Shown: positions 39,706 through 48,999 of the stretch, in pieces
How positions within the stretch are numbered: the stretch's first letter is position 1
Layout of the letters: each line of letters opens with the position of its first letter
NCBI GenBank assembly: GCA_047947115.1
Contig: CP170459.1
Span: 4,320,001 to 4,384,000, forward strand
From: Verrucomicrobiota bacterium
GTDB taxonomy: Bacteria > Verrucomicrobiota > Verrucomicrobiia > Limisphaerales > AAA164-E04
Direction: 5' to 3'
Length of the DNA: 64,000 bases
The notes under the pieces: model-generated
Seen by the model: only the letters and a program-made list of their open reading frames with translations
Database searches by the model: none
What the model was told of the DNA's origin: nothing
Position numbers and translations under genes: made by a program

Positions 39706-40041
39706 AATGTCTGATCATTGCTTGCAGGGATGTTTCGCTTTCTGAGCCAGTTAAAAATCAGGCTACGATCCGTCTCCGCTAGCTAACAGGGACAGAGCAC
39801 AGATGGTGCCATAAGAATAGCAGACCCCATTCTGCCAAAAATGTGTAAGAATGCCGGCAGGATGGCAGAAGTTTAGCCAACGGGATGAGTCCTTTTGGCC
39901 ATCCTGTTTAAAAAGAACCCGACTGATGGTCAATCATCGGTGAACAAGCGCCTCCAGATCTTTAAATGAGATTGCAGAGGATGATTGCAAGGCCTTCCCC
40001 ACTCGGGCATCCTGAATGCCATGATCTCAAGAAATACATGT

Positions 40042-41163
40042 ATGGAAAACTACTTACGGGCGACAATCGCTTGCATCTTGCTCGCCATAACCCTGCCTGC
40101 CAAAGCCCAGACTACAGTAAACATTGTATGGCACGATCCATCTGAATGGGGAGTCGAAGGAAGAGGTTGGGAGCAGGAAGCCAGAAAACGTTGGTATGAC
40201 AGGTTGCCCGCGAAGGCGGAAGGTGTCGTGACCGATGCTGTTTGGAATCTGAGCCGACACAGCGCAGGCATGATGGTGCGATTTCAGACAGACGCCTCAT
40301 CCATCCATGCCCAATGGAAACTGCTCTCAAGCAACCTTGCCATGCCACATATGCCGGCCAGTGGAGTCAGTGGATTGGACCTCTACGCCCGCGACGAAAG
40401 CGGCAACTGGCGTTGGGCGGCCGCTACGCGCCCGAACGCACAATCCATGGAAGTGGCGTTGCTCCGGAACATCAAGCCAGGCCTGAGGGAGTATGCACTT
40501 TACCTGCCCTTGTATAACGGCTGCGAATCACTGGAGATCGGCATTCCGGAAGGAGCATCCTTCAAGGGGCTGCCTCCACGTCAGGAAAAACCCATCGTCT
40601 TTTACGGCACCTCCATCACACATGGAGCCTGCGCCTCGCGTCCGGGCATGGCGCACCCGGCCATCCTGGGACGTCGTTTTGATCGACCGGTCATCAATTT
40701 AGGATTCTCAGGCAACGGTCGAATGCACAAAGAAGTCGGCGACCTGATAGCCGAACTTTCCGCCGGAGTGATCATCATCGACTGCCTGCCGAACATGAAC
40801 GCGGCAAGTGTTGCGGAAAAAACCATCCCCCTGGTGAACCAATTGCGAGCCGCACAACCCAATACCCCCATCATCCTCGTCGAAGATCGACGCTTTACCA
40901 ACACCTGGCTGCAACCGGAGAAAGAAGCCTTCCACGACGCCAACCACACTGCCTTGAGACAAGCTTACACGGAACTTAAAACATCCGGAATCACCAACCT
41001 GTTCTATATTCCGGGCGACGACCTCCTGGGCCACGACGCCGAAGGAGCCACAGACGCATCCCACCCAAATGATCTGGGATTCGTGAGACAAGCCGACGTC
41101 TTCGAACCGGTCCTGCGCGAGGCTCTACGAAGGGTGGACGGATCAGTTGAGCAGACCAATTAA
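40042..41163 (+). CDS. SGNH/GDSL hydrolase with N-terminal GxDLY domain
   Basis: SGLDLY, FYGTSITHG, NLGFSGNG, DASHPNDLG. Confidence 0.88.
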   Translation: MENYLRATIACILLAITLPAKAQTTVNIVWHDPSEWGVEGRGWEQEARKRWYDRLPAKAEGVVTDAVWNLSRHSAGMMVRFQTDASSIHAQWKLLSSNLAMPHMPASGVSGLDLYARDESGNWRWAAATRPNAQSMEVALLRNIKPGLREYALYLPLYNGCESLEIGIPEGASFKGLPPRQEKPIVFYGTSITHGACASRPGMAHPAILGRRFDRPVINLGFSGNGRMHKEVGDLIAELSAGVIIIDCLPNMNAASVAEKTIPLVNQLRAAQPNTPIILVEDRRFTNTWLQPEKEAFHDANHTALRQAYTELKTSGITNLFYIPGDDLLGHDAEGATDASHPNDLGFVRQADVFEPVLREALRRVDGSVEQTN

Positions 41164-41186
41164 ACAACCCAGACAAATGCTCATGG

Positions 41187-41672
41187 TTAACGCGAAAGAA
41201 TCACCCTGAAGAAACCTTCGGTTGGACGGGGCAACACAAACTCTCCGTCGTTATGAGGGCCTTCGGCCAGTGGAATGAAAGTCTGAGGTTCATTCAACTG
41301 ATCGCTGTACTCAATCGTATAATCAAATCCGGTTTCCACTTGATAGCGGAAATGCAGCCCACCATCTTCCGTCAGATCCACAGCTAATTCCGGACGCCGA
41401 GCAGAGAAAAGTCCGACACCATAAATTCCCCCGCCAGACACTTCAGTCTTCAACCAACCATCCTCATATTGACTGTCAATCGATTGCCATTGATTGTCCA
41501 TCTCATCGTATTTGAACAAGTTCACCTGCTGATTCGATGGGATGAAATAGGAGAAGGACATGGAAGCAATCTGCTCATCCAGTGCGAAGGGTAATGACAA
41601 TTGAACCGGTTGTAAAAAATGTGGATCCTGGAGGTTTCCAACGCTTTGGTCCTCTCCCATATAAATGTTTTT
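41187..41672 (-). pseudogene. 3' remnant of a secreted protein, interrupted upstream by a repeat element
   Basis: Protein-like C-terminus (LFKYDEMDNQW, GGGIYGV, YTIEYSDQL..GFFRV); the ORF's N-terminal part is read-through of the 41673-41820 repeat. Confidence 0.55.
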
Positions 41673-41820
41673 GGGGTCACGTCTCGACATTCTACATTTA
41701 GAGCACATTATTGTTATGTGCTCAGTGCTTACTCGGTTCCATTCTGAGAAAATCCCCCCCAAACATGATTGATAAAACTCCTGTTCCGCTTTGCATTGTC
41801 GAATGTCGAGACGTGACCCC
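41673..41820. mobile_element. REPIN/MITE-like element, copy 1 (148 bp)
   Basis: Perfect 20-bp terminal inverted repeat GGGGTCACGTCTCGACATTC / GAATGTCGAGACGTGACCCC. Confidence 0.85.
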
Positions 41821-42287
41821 AAAACATGTGGAAGGATATTCCAACAGACTCCCTCGTAATTGGTTGGGATTGAGTGCTCATGGGAAGTAGAGTGTTGCCA
41901 ATCTGTTATCTGCTGCGGTTCAAACAATTTCAATCTTTCATTCCAATTCCACCCTCACCAAAAATCGAATAATATACCGCTGCCATTCATAGGATATCTC
42001 TTAGCGGGTCTACGGCAAACTCAAACCGAATGGTTCGCAAATTATTCATTTTGAGGAGGCATTCCAATATTCGAACCAAACCTGCTTCTAGGCAGTCCAG
42101 GTGAAGCAGCAGTAAAGAAAGTATACAATTTCGTGTTTGGAATCCCTGACTTCTGCACAAGGCAGATTTCACGTTTGATACTCCAAATTGTATACTACTT
42201 GCCCATTTTCGAGCAAATTCGTGATAGTTCAGGAGGATTCAAACATCCGCATCCCTTTTGCATGCAAACACCTGAGGAGACGTGTTA

Positions 42288-42599
42288 GGGGTCACGTCTC
42301 GACATTCAACATTTAGAGCACATTAATGCTATGTGTTCAATGCTTGGTCGACTCCATTTTGTCGAAATCACCCTCCAAGAGCATGCATGATAAAACTTCT
42401 ACTTTGCTATTAAATGTTGAATGTCGATTCCGCTGCCCCCCCTAATTTTTACGGAACTGAGAAGTTGAAAAGCTATTGTTTAAAAACAACCTTCGAGAAT
42501 CGATTCTATGAGCGTTTTGAAGTGAGGTGAAGGTGATTTGCCCCCCTAAATTTTTGCGATTTTACTTTTTCAGCGGAATCGAATGTCGAGACGTGCCCC
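42288..42599. mobile_element. REPIN/MITE-like element, copy 2, with nested insertion in right IR
   Basis: Same left IR and homologous interior as copy 1; right IR split as GAATGTC[insert]GAATGTCGAGACGTGCCCC. Confidence 0.8.
42426..42580. mobile_element. 155-bp MITE with 10-bp TIRs and 7-bp target-site duplication
   Basis: GATTCCGCTG...CAGCGGAATC flanked by GAATGTC at 42419-42425 and 42581-42587. Confidence 0.8.
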
Positions 42600-42874
42600 T
42601 TAAGACTCCCTGATATCGTTGAAGATTGGATCGCCCATTCAGGGCTCTGGTTTCACCACTCTCCTGCCCCAGCGCGTTGCACTAGGCTGGTATGGGGCAA
42701 CACTTTGGGCTTAAGGTCGTGTGGAAGGATATTACTCTTTGTGTCCTCGAGCCCTGTGGTTACCACCAGGACTCTCCTGAGATTAAGGAACCGGGTGATG
42801 TGGACCACACTTTTGCAAGTACGGCCACTCGATAATTCCATCCTGCATATCCTGTTCATCCAGTCTCAAAAAGC

Positions 42875-42906
42875 AAAACACCCCGAAGTTGAAACTCCGG
42901 GGTGTT
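42875..42906 (-). terminator. intrinsic terminator of the ECF operon
   Basis: aacaccccgaagt-tgaa-actccggggtgtt hairpin with adjacent A-rich run (T-rich on minus strand). Confidence 0.7.
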
Positions 42907-42928
42907 CAGTGAATTGGACGTAAGGGAA

Positions 42929-44254
42929 TCAGTGTTGGATGTCAGGGTTGATGATGATTTTTTCTTCGACGAGCACTTCGTGGGGCGTCGTGTTGTCGTG
43001 GTCTTTATCATCCACTTTCTTGTAGAAACGCATAAGGTGTTCGGTTTTGTTTTGCCCGGTCATTTCTTTGACTTTCTCACGAATCCCTTCGGGGAGTTCT
43101 TCAATGCTTTTTTCGGTTTCCAGATCTCCTTTGTAGATGGTGTCACCTTCGGGGTTCAGGACAACGAGGCGTTTTTTGCCGTCAATGTTTCGAAGGTTGT
43201 AGGTACCGGTATCGTCACTGAGGACCAGATTGCTGTTTTCCACGAAAAACAGACTGGTGTGCATGCCCTTTTTGAGTTCGGAGTTCTTTCCCTTGGCCAT
43301 GGCAGTGGCCAGGATACTTTTCTCGATGGCGTTCATTTTTTCTGCCATTTTACGATCGATCACCACGGGTTCGGCTCCGAGTTCAAATACCACATCTTCA
43401 TCATCGGATGCGGCATCGAAATGATAACTGAACTCATTTTTACCGGATCGATTGGTAATCACGGCTTTGGCGGACTGCTCTTCACCTCCTCGAATGTAGG
43501 TGAGTTTCACGCTTTCCCCTGATTTCTTGGTGCGTAACAATACGACGAGTTGTTTGGGGGTGATCAGTGTTTGATCGTCGAGTTTGGTGAGAATGTCATA
43601 CTGTTTAAGCCCTGCTTTGGCTGCGGGACTATTGAGCACGATATGTTCCACAGCCAACCCAATACCAGAAGCAAGGCCAAGTTGGGAAGCAACGAGTTCG
43701 GATACCTCGGAAACATGCACCCCCAACCAGGGGCCGGTGTTGAGTTGGGTAGATTTGTCGAGGGTATAAATGAAATCATTCCCATCTTCCGGTCTCCAAA
43801 GTAGTGTTTTGGATTCAACATTTTCCGTGTTCCCGGAATCAAAAGGCAGTTTCAACACGCGAGGCGGCTGTCCCGGAGTCCAACGCAATTCCTTTCCCTC
43901 GACGACTTGTGCGAGTTTGATTCCTTCCGGTAATTGGATCTCCTGCATGACTTCCGCGGCTTCCCCAACTTTCACCCTCCCCTGAGCCACAACTAATGCA
44001 TCATCTGACAAGGTGGCGAATCCCTCGGCCACAGGAAGCCCTGTGATCTCTTTCAGGTCTTGTATTTCTTTCACCCCATGTTCAGGTGCATCGGAATGAG
44101 TGATGACACCGGAAGCTATGAATTTCCAGTTGGCTCCATGAGGATCAATGGCGAAAGCCGGAATCCGGGATTTCGGTTCGTTTTCGGCGCTATGCAACAA
44201 CGGGGTCGCGATGGCAATGGCAACCAGAGCGGTTGCGACGTTTGTTTTCATCAT
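42929..44254 (-). CDS. secreted PDZ-domain protein without protease domain
   Basis: Signal peptide; WLGVHV, NSPAAKAGLKQYDILTKLDD, LTYIRGG. Confidence 0.8.
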   Translation of the reverse strand: MMKTNVATALVAIAIATPLLHSAENEPKSRIPAFAIDPHGANWKFIASGVITHSDAPEHGVKEIQDLKEITGLPVAEGFATLSDDALVVAQGRVKVGEAAEVMQEIQLPEGIKLAQVVEGKELRWTPGQPPRVLKLPFDSGNTENVESKTLLWRPEDGNDFIYTLDKSTQLNTGPWLGVHVSEVSELVASQLGLASGIGLAVEHIVLNSPAAKAGLKQYDILTKLDDQTLITPKQLVVLLRTKKSGESVKLTYIRGGEEQSAKAVITNRSGKNEFSYHFDAASDDEDVVFELGAEPVVIDRKMAEKMNAIEKSILATAMAKGKNSELKKGMHTSLFFVENSNLVLSDDTGTYNLRNIDGKKRLVVLNPEGDTIYKGDLETEKSIEELPEGIREKVKEMTGQNKTEHLMRFYKKVDDKDHDNTTPHEVLVEEKIIINPDIQH

Positions 44255-44305
44255 TTTTATTACCTTTTGGTGGATGTTTATTGTTTCTCCGTCCAATGGA
44301 CGGTC

Positions 44306-44890
44306 CTAGTAGGTGGAGACAGGTACCAGGACAAAATCTTCTCTAGGCACTTCCATGCGCATCCGGCCGCTTCCTTCTGCAGTGGGCCATTGGTAGGTAT
44401 CGATAAATTCGTATCGAAGCCGCTTCATGGGAATGTTCCCGATGGACATCACGATGCCTTCGTCGTGCACGTTGGTGAGCCGCATATTGCGCTCCACCGT
44501 GGCTTCTTCCGGGGGTGGATTGTTGGAAACGGTTTGAATCTCAGGAGAGTGTTGATTCAAAACAGTTTCTTTTTCCGCTGGGAAGTGTTGCCTGGCTTGC
44601 GCGAGTTGTTCGGCCGATTGCCCTGGCAAATACACAGAGATCAGCCAGAGTCCTATCATCAACATAGCGGCAATGGACCACAAGACCGGACGCCAGGAAC
44701 CGTCTTTACCTGCGGCCGGGTGAAGGATCGTGTCCTGTGCCTCTGAATTGGACTTGTCGTTGGAAACGGTCGACTCAAGGCTTTGTTCCAGACGATGGAG
44801 CGTTGCTTTGGACAGGGGCGCGGGTTGCAGGGCGCGGAGTTGTTGTTCCAGCGCGATGTCTTCGGGAGTTTGTTGATCTGAGAATTTCAT
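44306..44890 (-). CDS. putative membrane anti-sigma factor
   Basis: ATGA overlap with sigma gene; LEQQLRALQPAP, single TM helix, periplasmic tail. Confidence 0.7.
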   Translation of the reverse strand: MKFSDQQTPEDIALEQQLRALQPAPLSKATLHRLEQSLESTVSNDKSNSEAQDTILHPAAGKDGSWRPVLWSIAAMLMIGLWLISVYLPGQSAEQLAQARQHFPAEKETVLNQHSPEIQTVSNNPPPEEATVERNMRLTNVHDEGIVMSIGNIPMKRLRYEFIDTYQWPTAEGSGRMRMEVPREDFVLVPVSTY

Positions 44891-45450
44891 GCGAATGAGG
44901 TCCTCATTTTTCTACGTAACGATTCTAGTCCGTATCGATACCGCGATGCAGCGGTGTTAGCCGGAATGTCAAGCACCTTGGCGATCTGGGCATAGGTCAG
45001 GTCGCCCCAGATTTTCAGGGTCAAAACTTCCTGGTATTTGCTTTCAAGCGATCGCACATGGTCTCTGAGTTCGGATTGTTGTTCCACCTGATCCGGGTCC
45101 GCATCAAACCAAGCAGACCATGCCTCTGCCTGCGATTCCAGGTGTTGGGTTTCCCTCTGCATCCTGCGATCTTCCTTGCGGGCATGGTCAATGGCGCACT
45201 GACGCAGCGCGACGAAGACCTGGGCATCCGGCGGCAAAGTGTCACAAACTTCGTTTTGAGCGATGGCTTCCGACTCACCCGCACGACGTTTCCAGAGTTT
45301 CAATAAGGCTTCCTGGAACACGTCCTGGGCATCAGCTTCGGAGCGGGTCTGTTGACGGGCAAACAACAGGAAGCGCGGTCCTTTTTCCCGGATCCATCGC
45401 ATCCATTCCTGTTGTTTGCCGTTGTTTGTCATGTGACCTGTTCCACCCAT
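44887..45450 (-). CDS. ECF RNA polymerase sigma factor
   Basis: DAQDVFQEALLKLW (region 2); LKIWGDLTYAQIAKVLDIPANTAASRYRY (region 4). Confidence 0.9.
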   Translation of the reverse strand: MGGTGHMTNNGKQQEWMRWIREKGPRFLLFARQQTRSEADAQDVFQEALLKLWKRRAGESEAIAQNEVCDTLPPDAQVFVALRQCAIDHARKEDRRMQRETQHLESQAEAWSAWFDADPDQVEQQSELRDHVRSLESKYQEVLTLKIWGDLTYAQIAKVLDIPANTAASRYRYGLESLRRKMRTSFA

Positions 45451-45574
45451 TATAGCGTCACACCGGTTTCTTTTTGTCTAAAAAGTTTTGTATCCAGCAC
45501 AAAAACTTGCTGGGATGCCCGCGTGCGCCTGGGTTCAGGTGACGTATTTGTTTACCATGAAAGTAACACCGTAA

Positions 45575-47290
45575 ATGGAAGAATCAGCAACATCGCCCTC
45601 CTCCGGGGGAGTGTTTCAAAATCTGCGCAAGACCAAATTACTGGTCATGCGCGGAGTGGGCTTGCTGGCATCCATTGTTCTGCTGTTCGTGATTTTTCGA
45701 AAACTGGAGCCCGGGGCTTTGCTGGAAACGCTGCGTCAGGCAAAATGGCGCTGGGTTGCCCTCTCTACGGGTATATTCGGGGTGCACATTATCTTCGCTT
45801 CCTACCGGTGGCACCTGATGCTGCGGTTGAGTCGCGCCACCATTCATCCGACAGCCACCTTGAGAGCGGTTTCTCTCGGGCATTTTTTCAACACCTTCCT
45901 CTTTGGGGCGGCGGGAGGGGATCTGGTCAAATCCATGATTTACGCACGTTGGTATCAACTCCCCCTTACCGAAGTGCTTGCCATGGCTCCGCTGGACCGG
46001 TTTTTCGGTCTGATGGGAGCGTTGATATTTGGATTCTGCATGCTGAGCATCGGATTTTTATCGGGTGGATTCAGCGCCTTTGACGGATCACAACTCAATG
46101 TGTTGATGTATTGGGCACTCGGCTTGGTGGGCGTGTTGGTGGTCGGCATGTGGGCTCTGCGACAATGGCATGGCAAGGGCACTTCCAAGTTTGGATTATT
46201 TCTCAATCACCTTCGAAAAGGTGGGGCCCTTCTCTGGAATCAGCCCAAGGCAGCCTTTAAAGCCGCGGCATCCGCCACCATCGTTCACCTTTGCCTGAGT
46301 TTGGTCATGTTGTTCAACCTGAAAGCCGTGAGTCTCGCGTCGTTCAGTTGGTGGAACGTGCTGTGGATATTTCCGGTCATTTCCATGGTATCAGGTATTC
46401 CGGTCAGTATTGGTGGGGCCGGACTGCGTGAAGGAACGGCGATGTTGCTGTTGGGACTTTATTATATTCCGAGTGAAGATGCGGTCACCGCTTCTCTTCT
46501 TACCTTGGGAGTGTATTTCGGATGGGCCTTCGTCGGATTAGTGGTATGGCAGCGAGAGGAAGGAAGACAACAGAGAGCCAGGGTGCTGCCGGGGGACATG
46601 AGCGTTTCCATTGTGATCCCGACCTTGAATGAAGGAGACCAAATTGAACGGCTCACAGACCAATTATGTCTTCATGCCGGCGATGCGGAATGGATTCTGG
46701 CAGACGGAGGCAGTACGGACGAGACATTGAATATCGCTTTGAAACATTCTTACAAAGTGGTCCGTAGCGCACCCGGAAGAGGGATTCAGATGCATGAGGG
46801 AGCCAAGGTGGCCAGTGGGGATTTGATCTTGTTCCTGCATGCCGATACCGAGCTGGAGTCAGAAAGCCTGAACGCCATGAAGCGTGCCATGAACGACCGG
46901 CATGCGGTCGCTGGCGGTTTCTGGAAGCGATTCGATCGAACTCACTGGGCCATGACCGGGTCCCGGTTCCGATGTCTGCCGAGAATTTTATTGGGGCGGT
47001 ATGTGTTTGCAGACCAGGGATTATTTGTGCGTCGCAGCGTGCTTGAATCCATCGGGGGTGTTCCATGTGTTCGCTTAATGGAGGAATTTGAATTATGCCG
47101 CAAACTCCGTCGCAAGGGACGCATAGTTTTGGCGGACTCAACCGTCACAACATCCTCGCGCAGGTTCCTTCAGAAAGGAGTGTTTCGTACTTACTGGCTG
47201 ATGGGCAGGACCATGATACGTTATTGGTTGGGCGTTTCACCGGACAAGCTTATGAAAGAGTATCATGGAGCGGTGGCAAAGAAGGAGTAG
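45575..47290 (+). CDS. fusion of LPG-synthase TM/flippase-like (UPF0104) domain and TIGR04283-like GT2 glycosyltransferase
   Basis: N-term GHFFNTFLFGAAGGD, PVSIGGAGLRE; C-term SIVIPTLNE, DGGSTD, GRGIQMHEGA, FLHADT, ADQGLFV, LMEEFEL, TTSSRRF. Confidence 0.8.
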   Translation: MEESATSPSSGGVFQNLRKTKLLVMRGVGLLASIVLLFVIFRKLEPGALLETLRQAKWRWVALSTGIFGVHIIFASYRWHLMLRLSRATIHPTATLRAVSLGHFFNTFLFGAAGGDLVKSMIYARWYQLPLTEVLAMAPLDRFFGLMGALIFGFCMLSIGFLSGGFSAFDGSQLNVLMYWALGLVGVLVVGMWALRQWHGKGTSKFGLFLNHLRKGGALLWNQPKAAFKAAASATIVHLCLSLVMLFNLKAVSLASFSWWNVLWIFPVISMVSGIPVSIGGAGLREGTAMLLLGLYYIPSEDAVTASLLTLGVYFGWAFVGLVVWQREEGRQQRARVLPGDMSVSIVIPTLNEGDQIERLTDQLCLHAGDAEWILADGGSTDETLNIALKHSYKVVRSAPGRGIQMHEGAKVASGDLILFLHADTELESESLNAMKRAMNDRHAVAGGFWKRFDRTHWAMTGSRFRCLPRILLGRYVFADQGLFVRRSVLESIGGVPCVRLMEEFELCRKLRRKGRIVLADSTVTTSSRRFLQKGVFRTYWLMGRTMIRYWLGVSPDKLMKEYHGAVAKKE

Positions 47291-47329
47291 CTGTTGCCAC
47301 GGGCGGCTGCATGGGGTAAGGATAGAGCC

Positions 47330-48730
47330 ATGCGTTCGGGAGATGACAATTTTGATTTTGAAATGGTGGTGATTGGCGGGGGTAGCGCCGGATATGCTGC
47401 GGCACGCACCACTGCTGCCGCAGGTTTGAAAACCGCCGTGATCGACGGTGGACCGGAACTCGGAGGGCTTTGCATCCTGAGAGGATGCATGCCGACCAAA
47501 GCATTGCTGTATGCGGCCGAGGTCAAGCACCTGGCGGATCGCGGTGAGACCTGGGGATTACAGATCCCAAAAGTCGGATTTGATTTCGGCAAGGTCATGG
47601 CACGCAAGAATGCCATGATTGAAGATTTCGCTTCGTATCGACGAGAACAATTGCAGGATGGACGCTTCCAATTATTTCGATCCAAAGCACGATTTATCGA
47701 TCCCCACACGCTGGCACTGGAAGACGGATCAACCGTTTCAGCTCGTTCGATCCTGATATCGACCGGTTCAACCGTCGCCCCCCTCCCCCTGCCGGCTTTG
47801 AATTCCGCCCAACCTTGGACCAGTGATGACGTCCTCAAACTTCAGCGCCTGCCTGAGTCCGTCATTGTGTTGGGAGGAGGCCCCGTTGCGCTGGAACTGG
47901 CTCAGTTCTTCCTGCGCTTTGGGGTTAAGACCACCTTGATCCAACGCAGCTCGCACATCCTGAAACCATTTGATGAGGAGATGGCCAAACCATTGGAGGA
48001 CGCTCTGCGTGCGGAAGGCATGCAACTCTTCACCGACACCCAGCTGGTTGACGGCGGCATCAAGGGTGGTCGTAAGTTTGTCACCTTCGAGCACAAAGGT
48101 AAAAACCAGACCGTATTCGCCGAGGCCATTTTGCATGGATTGGGCAGACGTCCCAATCTTGAAGGACTTGATCTGGAAAAAGCGGGTTTGGAAACCGTAA
48201 CCCGGCGCATCCAGACCAATACTGAAATGCAGACCAAGGTATCGCATATCTATGCTGCGGGAGACTGCACGGGACCTCATGAAATCGTCCACATCGCCAT
48301 CCAGCAAGGTGAGACCGCTGCATACAACATTATCCATGCTGACAAGAAAAAATCGATGGATTATCGCGTGCTCGTTTCCGTGGTGTTCACCGATCCGCAG
48401 GTAGCCATGGTCGGTTTAAGCGAGAAAGAAGCACGTGCGGCTGGAAGGAACATCGTCACGGCGGACTACCCATTCAACGACCACGGCAAGTCCATGATCA
48501 TGGAAGCCATGCACGGCAGCGTCAAATTGATCGCCGATGCGCAGACGGGTGAATTGATCGGAGGCGCATGCACCGGACCGAACGCAGGCGACTTGATCCA
48601 TGAAGTGGCCGTGGCAGTGCATCAACGCATGACCGCCGCAGAATTCGCCGCCGTGCCTCACTACCACCCCACCCTGGCAGAGATCTGGACCTATCCGGCA
48701 GAAGACATCGCCGATAAAATCGCCGGATAG
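47330..48730 (+). CDS. pyridine nucleotide-disulfide oxidoreductase (Lpd/MerA-like)
   Basis: IGGGSAG, GGLCILRGCMPTK, YAAGD, HYHPTLAE. Confidence 0.88.
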   Translation: MRSGDDNFDFEMVVIGGGSAGYAAARTTAAAGLKTAVIDGGPELGGLCILRGCMPTKALLYAAEVKHLADRGETWGLQIPKVGFDFGKVMARKNAMIEDFASYRREQLQDGRFQLFRSKARFIDPHTLALEDGSTVSARSILISTGSTVAPLPLPALNSAQPWTSDDVLKLQRLPESVIVLGGGPVALELAQFFLRFGVKTTLIQRSSHILKPFDEEMAKPLEDALRAEGMQLFTDTQLVDGGIKGGRKFVTFEHKGKNQTVFAEAILHGLGRRPNLEGLDLEKAGLETVTRRIQTNTEMQTKVSHIYAAGDCTGPHEIVHIAIQQGETAAYNIIHADKKKSMDYRVLVSVVFTDPQVAMVGLSEKEARAAGRNIVTADYPFNDHGKSMIMEAMHGSVKLIADAQTGELIGGACTGPNAGDLIHEVAVAVHQRMTAAEFAAVPHYHPTLAEIWTYPAEDIADKIAG

Positions 48731-48842
48731 CGCGAATTGAAAACAGGAGAGGCAAGCTCTCCCGATCATATCGGGAATCCCACTTCAGACCTTGTAGCTA
48801 TCGAACATGTATCACGCTGCGGTGGGAATGCCACAGGCCGAC

Positions 48843-48929
48843 GAATACTGAAGGCTTCCCGCGTTCCACGTCTTTTGGTTAGGAGTGTTTTTAGGGAAAA
48901 GTATGGGACGAGGTGGCACTCGTCCCTCC
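48843..48929 (-). repeat. REP-containing repeat, inverted partner of 50827-50913
   Basis: Minus strand GGAGGGACGAGTGCCACCTCGTCCCATACTT...ACGTGGAACGCGGGAAGC. Confidence 0.8.
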
Positions 48930-48940
48930 ATTCAGCAAAC

Positions 48941-48970
48941 AAAAAAGGGTGCCCAAGCGGACACCCTTTT
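48941..48970. terminator. bidirectional intrinsic terminator
   Basis: aaaaaagggtg-cccaagcgga-caccctttt between convergent genes. Confidence 0.8.
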
Positions 48971-48999
48971 GCATTTCAATGAAATGAATAAACCGCGTA

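Noticed and set aside
39760..39920. Structured ncRNA between pfk and the SGNH gene
   Set aside because: Only two short imperfect hairpins (ttctgcca/tggcagaa; aacgggatg/catcctgtt) in a divergent promoter region
47330..48730. Mercuric reductase merA
   Set aside because: No C-terminal Cys-Cys, has the HPTxxE motif, and no mer genes nearby
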